Origin: Trichoplax adhaerens
Taxonomy: Eukaryota > Animalia > Placozoa
Reading direction: 5' to 3'
DNA: 64,000 bases
NCBI RefSeq assembly: GCF_000150275.1
Contig: NW_002060947.1
Span: 6,711,648 to 6,775,647 of the forward strand
Numbering within the stretch: the stretch's first letter is position 1; every line of letters starts with the position of its first letter. Both the position numbers and the translations under genes were made by a program. The notes beneath the pieces were generated by a model. It worked only from the letters and a program-made list of their open reading frames with translations, had not been told where the DNA came from and searched no databases. Of the stretch, positions 1-12,400 are shown one piece after another.

Positions 1-320
1 TAATTTTCGCCGTTGCTTTTTATAAAGATAACCCACGTGAATCTGTATTTAAATTTCCTCATTATAACCGTCAATAAGGTTTATTTACGCTTATTATAAT
101 ACAATCTGAACGTATTACAGGCTTTAATTTTAGTCTTAAGGATTACTTATTGATTTTAAAATGTTTAATCACTATCATGAATAGCCGTAAGAGTATAAAT
201 TTTGACTTAGAAAAAAGTCATTGAATGATCTAGATATTAACCAGATGTACTACACTTTTGGAGGATATTAATTCACTTGAATAGTTGTCTAACTTCATTA
301 AGCGTCTTAAAATTACTTAG

Positions 321-1400
321 ATTGGTCTTGCCGTGGGTGATATTAACGAAGTTAGGGAAACAGCTAGTCTAAACCAAGCTAAAACTCAGAATGAGTCAAT
401 TATTGGAGCTTATGAATCATTTCCAATGTGTCTTAAGAAGATTATGCACAGTCCAGAATTAACGATCAGAAAAGATAAAAATTCGAGTTATTTGCAAAAG
501 GTAAAATTAACTAGGCGGTATAGATATCATTGCAAGGAAATAATTTTAATTTCTATGATCAAAATTTCAGCCTGCTTTTGTTAGCAATAGGGCGGTCAAT
601 AGCACAAAATACGATGAAAATGATAATTGGATACTGTATAGTTACTTAATTAAGATATCGGTAATTTCTTATGCTTGTTCCCAAGTGCAAGTTATAATTA
701 TCATCAACACAAAAATACTTGGGTACATGCTAGATCTATATTACTTACAGCTAGTTCAAAAATGTATGCACACTTTGCGTAATATTATGCAAGGAAGGCA
801 TAGCATACCTAGGTGAAATAATCAACCGCCTAAGTTTATTAGGCAATGTTTACCTTCCCTAGGGGATATACTATTGGACCTTAAATTAAACTATATTGCC
901 TAATATTACTAGGTTGGGTATAAAATACCTATTGTAAGATGGGTATGCCACACTTGGTTATCATACTTTGTCAGCTACATATATGAAGCATTTATGTCAT
1001 GTAATATTGAAAAAAATTTTCGAGAAAAATTTTGAAGCACACTATTCTTCTTAACACTATTTAGAAAACTTGGCATTCTTTAACCGATAATATAGCAATG
1101 ATTCAGGAGGAAAAAGATCAAGTTAATCAAGACTTTGATTGTAAAAGTTTAAAGGCTTTCGTTTTCCGACAACGAACAGAGTAAGAATTACGTTGTTGAA
1201 CACGCCGATTATATTACAATTAATGTTTGCAATTATTTTGTAGAATAAGTCAGTTAAGAGAATTGATCGAAGATATGAAGTCAGATATTAAAATTATCAG
1301 CCATTCGAATCATTTTGAAACTAATAAATTGACTAAGCAAGTCTTGCATAAGTTGCAAGCCAATGGCAATGAAACGGTTACTACCACTGTTGCTGACTGA
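321..1400 (+). CDS. TRPA1-like: TRPA1-like channel, copy A (3' end only: last three exons; gene starts left of window)
   Basis: Exons 321-500 (IGLAVGDINEVRETASLNQAK...), 1065-1180 and 1244-1400 (TGA) with GT-AG borders. Exon sizes 180/116/157 are identical to the last three exons of copy B. Confidence 0.9.
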
Positions 1401-3164
1401 AAGATTTGTACTGCTTTAACCAACATTATAAGTCAAATTTGATAGCAGCTATAAATATTTGCGAAGATACATGTATTGGTTATTTTTATGGCTAGAGGAC
1501 GGCTATTTATCAAACTACAAACGTCTACCGTTACAAAACATGAGAAGACATCTAACATGCACGGTGGAATTTATAATGGCATGAATGATATATATTAACA
1601 TATAAGTAGCTTAAAGAAAAATATATAACGAGGCTAATCTAACAATCTACATGTTTGCTACATGCATTACAAATCCAAATGTTATATTAGATAGACGATT
1701 ACAAATAAAATGATATTCGTATATATCGCCTATAAAATTAATTTGTACCTATATATAGTCAGTATGTGTTGTGCTTATAATATGTCTCAAGATGTACAGT
1801 GCACACTTTCATGTCTATTTCGCGTGTAGAAATCTCCATAGACGTGATTTAGTACCTTTACTTTAAGTACTTCCCAGTTTACTATGTATCTTACCGATCA
1901 GGCTTACTGTTGCAGTATTTTCCTTCATAACTATATAATAATTTGCTTCAAAACTATTGTATCAAAATCTCTTCCATACGCTATAGTACTGGTACTACAA
2001 TTTACTAAATGTTCCACTCATCTAACTGGTATGCAAAATATCACAATCAGTAGATTCTACTAAATATAACTAATATTTGAGCAAATGATGATAGCTTCAA
2101 ATGTACAAGATATTAAAGACATATCTATCGTATTAAACGTAAAAATCTCTTTGAAGGTATTTTGCTGCAGACATATAAAATAATACAAAGTTATGTTCTA
2201 CTGGTTTGACGAGCTGCAGTATATTAGAGCTAAATATCAGCTGCGCTTAAAGAGATATTCTTCGGTTTCAATCATGCAATTTATGGCGAATTGAGGGAAA
2301 TCTAATGTTGCCTTGAACTGCGTTTGCTTTTTCTATTATAAAGTATCTACACTCTTCATCGTATTAGACTGATGAAATATCGGTATTAAATCTACGACAG
2401 AGTGCAAGTCCGATAAGCTTTTCAAGTATACACTGCTCAAACAGTAGATTAGCAACAATAAATACATTCATAATTGTAGCTAGTAAGTATTGGAAACTAG
2501 AAATTACATGCAATCTAATAACTAATTGGCTATGTTAAGACTATTTTACTTATATTGATTTTCTTTTGTGCATTATAGAAATGCTACCTTATCAGCTCCT
2601 GTTTGATTATTTGTAGTTATTTCAGTCGATGTTGGTAAACCATACGTTTTCATTCTAAGTTACTTGACCTTTAATCCTAAATACATCTATTCCTGCTTGC
2701 ATAATGCTAAATTACAGCTTCTCATAATCAGTCCAGAGTTAAAAATTTCTACAGAATGCAATAATTCATCATTTCTCATGTCTCATATTCTAGATATTCT
2801 CATTCTATCGTACATGTCCTCTAATATATATTAAATAAATGCATATTCTACAGGTGTGTACCGCTACTAGAAGCCCTCTCAATATTTCTTGATTATTAAC
2901 CATTTGGAAACTAGTCTATAACTTTACAATAAACAACATACTTGCTATATTAGGATAATTCTTACTTTGACAATTCATGAAATACATTTGTATTCTCTTT
3001 TTCATATACGTACTTAGTGAGTTCAAAACGTATTTTTAGAATTACATTATTTGTTATTGAATTTTCTCAATGCGTAATTAACGGCTATACCACAAAGAAA
3101 TCCAATTCATTCCCAGAAAAAGGGCTAAAATCAGTGAAGATTCTATATGAACAGATTTAGGTTT

Positions 3165-3178
3165 GTTTCCATAGCAAC
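3165..3178. promoter_or_regulatory. RFX X-box upstream of copy B
   Basis: GTTTCCATAGCAAC is a canonical X-box palindrome about 320 bp before the ATG, positionally conserved in copy C. Confidence 0.7.
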
Positions 3179-3410
3179 CGTCGAACTTATTCATCAAGTA
3201 ATTGCTCAATCTCTTCGAATTTATTTTGATATGCTAATGAATCCATTGAGTTCCATAGAGTAAATAGTATTTATTTGCATAGTCCAAAATAAGATAATTC
3301 AATATATGCCGACGAAAAGAACGATATCTTAATAGTTAGAGATAAAGTGAGTTGTCTCTCCTATAGCTAGTTAGCGTTAAATTAAATCGGAAGGCTCGAA
3401 TCTAACCTGT

Positions 3411-3418
3411 TATAAAAG
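3411..3418 (+). promoter_or_regulatory. TATA box candidate of copy B
   Basis: TATAAAAG about 89 bp before the ATG. Conserved as TATAAAAA at 15696 before copy C. Confidence 0.45.
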
Positions 3419-3499
3419 CAGCTTAGAAAACCAAACTTAATCCATCATCAACTAATTTAATGCTGTGCTTACACCGTAGCAAAACTTCCTGTTTTCAAT

Positions 3500-6400
3500 A
3501 TGGCGACAATAAATAAAATCCATACTGTGTCTGATAATGCCATTAATGATCTAGATGAAGAAACAGCTACATGTTATCGGCCCTTTCGGAAGAGAACTGT
3601 TGACCATTCCAACAGGCATAATTCAGTAGCAGGAAGAACTCGTCAAAGGAAAACCTCTGATTTAGCTATAGGATCTTTTGTAAGCTTAAGCTTAGCAATG
3701 GCTAAAATGGGCGGAATCGACGTATACGATGTAAGTCGGCTTATCTAGGTATAATCTGACACGGAACACAGACACTAACACTAATTTAATATACAACGAT
3801 TATTTTAAATGAAAAGGCGTATAGAGCCTGCCAAAGTTATAGGAGTATGCTTTAATAATGCCGTTTTGTTGCACAGTCATATTTTTGAAAATTTTACTTC
3901 TGATTATCCCAAATGGAGTGATTGAATCATGACTATAAGATCTAAATTTCTGCGTAATATTAGGGATGCTATGTATTCAAAAATTGAGTAGTTCTAATTC
4001 TAGACAAGATGACTATAGATGAAGTGAGGGATGGATATTGTGGCAAGACAAGATCTTCATCTCTGTTCATATTGAAGATGCAGTTATTTAAATATTGAGT
4101 AGTTTTAATTTCAGTTTACATAATCATAAATGAAGTGTGATAAGGATATTATGGCACGAAAAGATCTTTATCTTTGTTTAATATTGGAGATCTATTGATT
4201 CAAATAGTAAGTAGTTGTAAATTTTAATTTAGATAACCATAGACGAAGTGTGAGGAAGATACTGCAGTGCAACGAAGCAGTCATCATAACGATATCTTAT
4301 GGCATTTCTGCGTTAGCAACATTTTTATGGTAGCACGTAATTTCTCTTTCAATAACCTAAGAACTTTACACCAAAATTATCCCTAGAATAGCGTATATTA
4401 GGACCTATTTCATTAAAAATTAAATGAATTCAGTCGACCAGTAATAACTAACAATCAGGCAAAAGTAAAGTAAGTTGAATGTTCTTTACAGAACATAGTG
4501 AGAATAGTTTACCATCTTCCCTCTCCATCGGCCTATAGTTTGGTTGGAGGATCTTAATCATCATTCCTATTGATAAATTGATATTTGGAACTACTTGATC
4601 AACAACAATATAACTTCTGTAGATATCTAGATCATGAAAATAAATGCTCAGGAACAAATAAATTATCATAATAATTTCAATTTAACTAGACTTAATTCCT
4701 TATTAAATTCTTTTTCGAGAACCTGCATTAAAAGCCAGTCTTTCTTTCACTTTACTTCAATACTTTATATAGGCAGCAGTAAACGGAGATTTAGAAGAGT
4801 TGAGCCGGGCATTCAAGTCAAGATTTTATTTAGATAGAATCGATTATCCAGACGAAAACGGGTTAACCCTTATGCATCATGCAGCTATCCATGATCATGG
4901 TGAAATTGTCAACAGCCTAATTAAACACGGAGCGGGTATTCGTAGTTGCTATTTATTAACAGTATAATTAATTTTAGCTTTCAAGCTCTATCTCATCATA
5001 ATAAATTTAGATATCATGGATTACTATTAATCGACATGTGATAGACAATAATGATAGCAATAGATATTCTGCACAATTCTAATACAGTAACAACACATTT
5101 ATATAATCTGCTATGGCCATATAAACATCGATACTAATGCATACCGTCTGAAAAACATAGCTATTGATAGTATTGAAATTGCGGACAAAACACCATTGCA
5201 TTTAGCTGCAAGGCATAATGCATGTGTAGCAATTAAAGCTCTGGTCCAAAACGGTGCTATGCTTGATATTGTCGATAGTAATTCAAGAATGCCTTTGCAT
5301 TATGCCTGCGAATATGGCTGCAATGAAGCTGTCGAGGTAATTTAAATTTAATATATCTAGGCAGTCTACTCCTTATGCACTTTCTGCTATCGTAAGCACT
5401 CTCTAATAGAAAAAAATTGTGAAGTAATAAGAAACTAAACTATATTTTTAGACGATTTTATATGAAGCCGATGTTATGAAAACGACCAAAACTATAATTA
5501 ACGCTTATGATAAAGAAAGAGCAACTCCGCTGCACTTAGCAGTAGTAACTTGTTCTGAAGATACTATTCATAAATTGGTAAGTGAAAATTAAAATCTATT
5601 TAAATCTTTAGATATATGATATAGATGAATATTTATATCTTACAAAATTTAACTATGAAGTTATGGATATGTCCATGCAAATTGCTATGAATCTTTATTC
5701 TAATTAATGAAGAAAAAATATACAGAATGTCGTCTGTTTTAGTGGTTTACTGCTGATAGAATTATTATATATTCAGTATATAATTCGTAAAAAGTATAGA
5801 AAATATTTTATAATTAAATATAATATACCTACTAACTTACCTTCAAACCTACGGAATTTTCGTATATGCATTATTGTGGACAAATACAATTCTATATCCA
5901 ATGTTAGCTGCAACGTGGAGCCAATATTTACCGAAAAGATGTAGTTGGACATACGCCACTACTATTTGCTGTGAAGCGGATAAGAACTGAAATTATAAAG
6001 ATAATTCTAGAATTTGGTAAATGCTTAAAATTTGTCAAACTTGCAAAAATAAGTAGTGTCTAACTCTAAACCATCTTAATCAGCCAATTCACAAGGAAAA
6101 CATGATTATGTACGCGTTCCAAATGAATTTGGTATGACAGCAATTCACTTGTCGGTTGATTCTGGGTCTGTTGAGGTAAATATTATCATATGGTTCGATA
6201 AATTATTGATATTATTTTATCTATAGCGCTATATTCAAATTGATTTGTTACACTGTTATAAGATTCTAGACAGCATATTTTAAGAATGCCTTTACAATTA
6301 TGAAGTGGAAGCAATCATGGTTATTCATTATTATATTTTTCGCAATTTCTTTACTACTATCAGAATACAGAGCTATGTATCGCATTTGGAGCAGATATAG

Positions 6401-9400
6401 AGAGCCAGTCGGTAAATATATATGAGATAAATTACGCTAATTTACTGATAGCCATAGCTAAATCTTTGCTATTGTGGAGCCCTAATTGCTTTGAATAAGA
6501 AAAATATGTTATACTGAATGAAATTTTGTGTCATACCACACGGTTTAGAACGTTAGATAATGGTCTGAAATCCGTAACATATAGGATATATTTTATATAT
6601 TTACATAGTCTGAGCTATTGACACCGTTGCATTTGGCGGCATTAAATGGGTATTACGAAATTGCAGAAATTCTAATCAATAAGGGTGCTAAAGTTAATAC
6701 TCCTGATTCGAAAAACAAGACATGTTTACACTATGCTGCTTTAAGTAATAATGCAAAACTGATGGATCTATTACTAAGCCACGTAAGACTACACTTAAAT
6801 CACTTTTAAATTCGATTCAATATATCGAAATTGGATACATTATACTTACTGTATTTCAAATAGGGAGCCCTGATTGAAGCTAAAGACATAAATTCTCAAA
6901 CACCATTAATGGCAGCAGCCTGTCATGATTGCGTGGCCGCATTACAGTTTCTGATACAAAACGGTGCTAGCACTTCCGGACAAGATAAAGATGGCAAGAC
7001 ATGCCTCCATTTAATTGCAGAAAAGGACTGCAAGGAGACTGTGGCTATCATTTTAGAAGTAAGTGACAGGCTTTAAGTTTATTACTTTAATTTTAATATG
7101 CTATGAAATAATAACGTAAACATCAATAATATTCAGCATAGCGGATTGGATCTCATCAATGTTCGTGATACCGCAGGATATACTCCGATATTAGCAGCTG
7201 CGGTTACAGGGCGTATTAGAGTAAGAAGATAATCTATGATTACAGCTGCCCTTTAATATAATTTATTTAAATTGATATCATAAATCTTTAATAGACAGTT
7301 ATGAATGGAATTAGACAGAGCAGATATCTCAGACTAGGCTAGAAAACCTAACGAGCGTATCTTTAAATAATTTACAGATTTTAGGGCGTATGATGGCACG
7401 ATTTCAAGAATCCATCAGGCAGCATCAGGATTGTGATGGCAATAATATCTTACATTTAGCAGCATTGAATAATCATCGTGATACAGTTGCAGTTATTAAC
7501 GATCATATGCCATTTGTAAACGTCAATGCACGCAATTTCCTTGGGCAGAGACCTTTACACTTAGCAGCATTGAATGGCAATAATCGAGTTATACATGCTT
7601 TAATTAAACGTGGAGCTAGCGTTGACTCCAGGTACCTTCAGCTAAATTATAAAGTAAATGATAGTTCACCGTAGATCGTACATGTCCACTTTATTCTATT
7701 CCATAGTTTTGTAAATAGGTGCAAGATAGACTATCTATTACAAAAATTTTTGTTAATTTACTTTCTTGATTTATTGTAGCTTTAGCTATAACTGTGCTTT
7801 GAATAGTTTTATTTCTTTCCTAGGGATAATTCTGGTTGGACTCCCTTACATTATGCCTCTAATTATGGCTTTGAGACTAGTGTCGAATTTTTACTATCTA
7901 ATGAAGCAGCTGTTGATGCTTTTAACGAGGCAAAGGTTATTGCTGAATAGTGATCACTACAATATGCTGTAGATGTAGAGATGCTTTACTCGATATTGAC
8001 TATAGATAAGCGAGCTTAGCTAAAATCTACCTATTAATTCAGAATTTGGCTATTAGAGTCGGCTATTAGAGTGCTTATTATTAATATCTTAAGTTGAGGC
8101 ATATACTACTATAAGTATATGTACATAATAATATTTTATACAATTGTAACATATAAAATTTATTGCCTTCTAGAAAATATTAGATGTAAACATAATTATA
8201 CAGCTGTATTCCATTTAATCAAATAACTTAATCTCACCTAGAAAACACCATTGCTGTTAGCATGCGAGAAAGGAAATACAGAAGTAACTAAATTGTTATT
8301 GGAAAATGGCGCAGATCCATCTATTAGAAACGATAGGGGCCAAAACTGCTTAGATATCGCCTGTGAATTCCGTTATAACGATATCGGACTAGCTATCATA
8401 GAAACAAAATAGTAAGTTTTTTCTTACAATTTATATAGTTAAATTAATCTCTTCATTTAAAACTAAGACGAAAATTATGCGAATAGATTGGTATAAATCA
8501 ATCTTGTGGTGTTACTCTGACTTTATTAAATATTTCATTCAATTATGCATGAAATATTAGCTGGGAAAGAGTTATGAATAATAGAGCATTTGATGGTTAC
8601 AATCCGATGAAACGATTAATAGAACGACTACCCCATGTTGCAGAGGTGAAGATTCTACAATAAAAGCGAATCCTATTTTAATGCTTAAAGTTGCCATGAA
8701 TTGCGATTTTAATTAGAAGTATAAACGATGAATGAAGGTCATCAATACTTTCATTAATGCAAAACTATTTCAAATCAGCAAAAGATTCCTCTGTCATGCT
8801 TCGATAATATGAGAAATAATTGATACTCGCAGATAGCACTAACAGCTAAAAATTTGTAATACCGTTGTGGATAAATGTTCTCTTCTGATGTTGTTGAGTT
8901 GTAAATTTATTCTTAGGCCGTTATGGACAGGTCAATAACTCATACTAAAAGTAAATATGGCAAAGAAGAATGGGAACAGGTAGGCAGCTTTTTAAAAATA
9001 ACTTGATAACTGTTGGTACAGAAGGCTACAATGATCACGAACCCAACGAATCAGCTCAATCATTACTTTTTTCAATTTCCGATAAAAATCTGAGATGAGG
9101 TTATTCAGGCATAACCGGTGGATAGTTTACTAGATATGAATTTGTATTAAGTTCGTTTATTATTCTTTAGGCTGACAAATATCCGTTCATTTTAGATTAC
9201 TCCAACTTTAGTATCTAAATAGGAAATTGTAGTCAGTATACAGTAATAATCAAATGCCAAGCCACAAAATAATCCTCTTGAATGTCGCGTAGTCCGAAGT
9301 ATTAAAGCCTATCTATAAAAACTTGTATATTTAATGCTACTTAAGCGTGAACATCCAATCGAGCAATTTAGTCAGTCTATCATAAATGATTATGCGTGAT

Positions 9401-12400
9401 AAAATCAAAGTTTCTAGGCATTCTATTTATATCTCTAATATCTATTTTAAATTAATATTGGCACTATGTTTACCAATTATATTCAAATGAAATCATTTGC
9501 GTATAAATCGTATTTTTATCATATTTATATATCATCATGTATGTTGTTTAAACTTCATTCTTTTTAATTTAGGTTGCCTTTAACTTTACATATCTTGAAA
9601 CATCACCCGAAGATACCCATTCACAAGATGTTAAAGATAAATATGTTGCACTAAAAGTAAGAATCTCTTTAATTTAAAGGCATCTTAATGTAGATTGACA
9701 TAATAATATAAAATTATATTATATTGTAATGATGGGCTGTAGTTTATCGTAACTAAGCGTAAAGAAAAAGCTAAACTGTGAATTATAGAATTTGTCGATA
9801 CCAGGTTGTCACTTCATTTTGACTAACTATCACTACGATTTACTACGCAGACGATAAGTTCTCTTGATCGTGTAAGGCTAATGAAGCATTCCCTAGTTAC
9901 CGCATATGCATACCAAAAATGGTAATTTGTTAAATCAAATCTTAAAATAGATCTCTTCCTTCGTAAGCTACTTTGTACTAAGATATATAGAAAAAGAACA
10001 TAAATGTTTTATATATTTACTGGAAATGAAAAAAACAAAATATAACCCTATCTCAAATATATGTAAATTTCTGAATTAAAGTATTATTTAAAGCTAAATA
10101 AGAAATATAGATTCGCAATTATGATATATTCCTTGCAATTTTAGGAAAGCAGGTCATCGAGCTATGTATTTAGGTAAAATTTTTTTGGACTTTATATACT
10201 TAATTGGATTGAGTATTCCTATCGTTATGGATACTTTGGATTTCATAAGTTTAGCGCGTAATACGAATGCTTCTAGTAACTCCTACTCTAATTTGGTAAG
10301 ATTATAATAAAATCGATGTTGTTTTCTTAAAAACAAACAGGCAATTATTTCTAGTTTGGTTTCGAATCGATATTATCAGCTTATTTATTAAAATCGCCAA
10401 AAGCTGAGTATATTGTCCTAAAATTAATAAATTTTAAGATTGCTAATATGATCTTATATTTGCTACATTGACCTTATTGTCGGATCTCTAGACCGCACCA
10501 GGAGTACCGATCAGAAATATTTTCGTTTTCATTACGGTTATGATTATGATTTGTGGTTTTAGCTATATTCTTGCATCCGGGGTAAGTACCGTATTGACCA
10601 ATATACTAGGTCTGATTTATACTGAACTATAACATCAGACACATTTCCATTGTTGTAGATTGATGTTAATGTTAGTAATTGTGACGAAGACCTAAATAAA
10701 GAATTTAAAAAACGAAAACGCTGAAACCAATTGTTCTAATAACATATGTTGATGAGATCCTGTTGCTAATCCTTTTAACTATAGAGGCGAATCATTCTCC
10801 ATTTCCTGAAGCAAACTGTGTTTGAACTGTTTGTAGCAGTTCTTGGATTGCTTTACGCTCTACCGTTCAATAAGCCCATCGGTTACGAAAATCTTCGGAT
10901 TGGAGCACTTCTTATTCTTTGCTTATTTATCAACGTTATATTCATAATGAGAAGGCAAGACTAAATTAAGGATCACATAGATATATAAGATTGTTGCATT
11001 ATGGAAACTCTTTTACTTTAAACAAGGAAGAACTGCTAGAAATCTCTCAGCGTATCCAGCACAGCTAGAGTATTAAAATAAAATTTTGTTGTTCTTACCA
11101 CTGTACAGCTGAACAGAAATATCGATCTTGTAACGGCATCTTACAAATATCAACTTACGCGATAACATTTTCACAAATTAGATAACGATCGATAAGTTAT
11201 AATCGGTCATAATATATCACAAAATACATTTAGATAAATATTTTATTTATAACCTGTTCTATAGACTTATATACTGCAAAGCTTATGCATAACTGAGTGT
11301 ACTACTTTTGTCAAATCAAGATGGATTACTGTTTTAATTAGACTCCAATATGAAAACAGAACTAAAATACTAATGAAAGCCTCATATCATGACAAAGATA
11401 GTTAGGATGGTATATTTTAAATGCTGCACTGTTAGAAATTATGTGTAGTATAATAGCATAACCTATTTACATAATCGAAAATATAGATAAAAGCAGTTTA
11501 TATATTCCAATTTCTTTAGAAAAGCTCTCTATCATAATCCAATTATAATTAAAATGGTAAATCAATTTTGCGGGCACGAACGATTTAATAGATTGAATCA
11601 AGAGATATCATATATCAGATTATCATGACATACCGTAAGCTAATAATTAAATACATTTTACTAGTTTTTCCAGATTAGGTCTGTATATTTCGATGCTTAT
11701 TACTACCATTACGACCATCATCAGAGTTTCAGTTGTTTTTATACTGTTACTTGTGGCATTTGCTGGTGCTTTTGCAATAATATTAAATGATGAGGTAAGG
11801 AGATCTTAACTAGCACCCATATATGTATTAAAATCATTTTTTAGCTTTATTGTATTTCTTATTGAAGTAGTTAATCACATAGTTTAAAAAATACTACTTT
11901 GCTTAACCGATCGCGTATTGTCTTAGTTTTATCTTCTAAGTTTATCTAATTTTAAAAATACAGGCAACATTCAGACAATTTGATGCTGCATTAGTCACTA
12001 TATTGACCATGTCTGCCGGAGAACTTAATTATGCCAACACCTTCCATCATTTAATTAATACTGGAAGACTCACGGGATTTAAAATAGAACTAATATTATT
12101 TGCAGCCATGGTTGTTATTATTAATATCGCCTTTTCAAATTTACTGGTAAGATTTTAAAGATTAGGTATAGTTTAATTAATTATTAACAGAGTTATTACA
12201 GCAGTTATCGAGAAAGAAATGAAAAATGCAGATAATACATTCGATTAATTAAGTTATAATGGTAATTTTTCGGCATTGCTTGCTAATAGATATCCTACAT
12301 GAATCTTTATTCAAAACTTTCAAATAATTATATCGCTACGTTATAGCCGTAACCATGAATTATTCATATTTACCATAAAATAATTTAAATTTATAACGGG

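Noticed and set aside
8408-8420. Stop codons at the exon 13 donor (TA|G TAA) as a programmed ankyrin-only isoform
   Set aside because: An in-frame stop is a generic consequence of phase-2 GTRAG donors, and nothing in the sequence indicates regulated retention.
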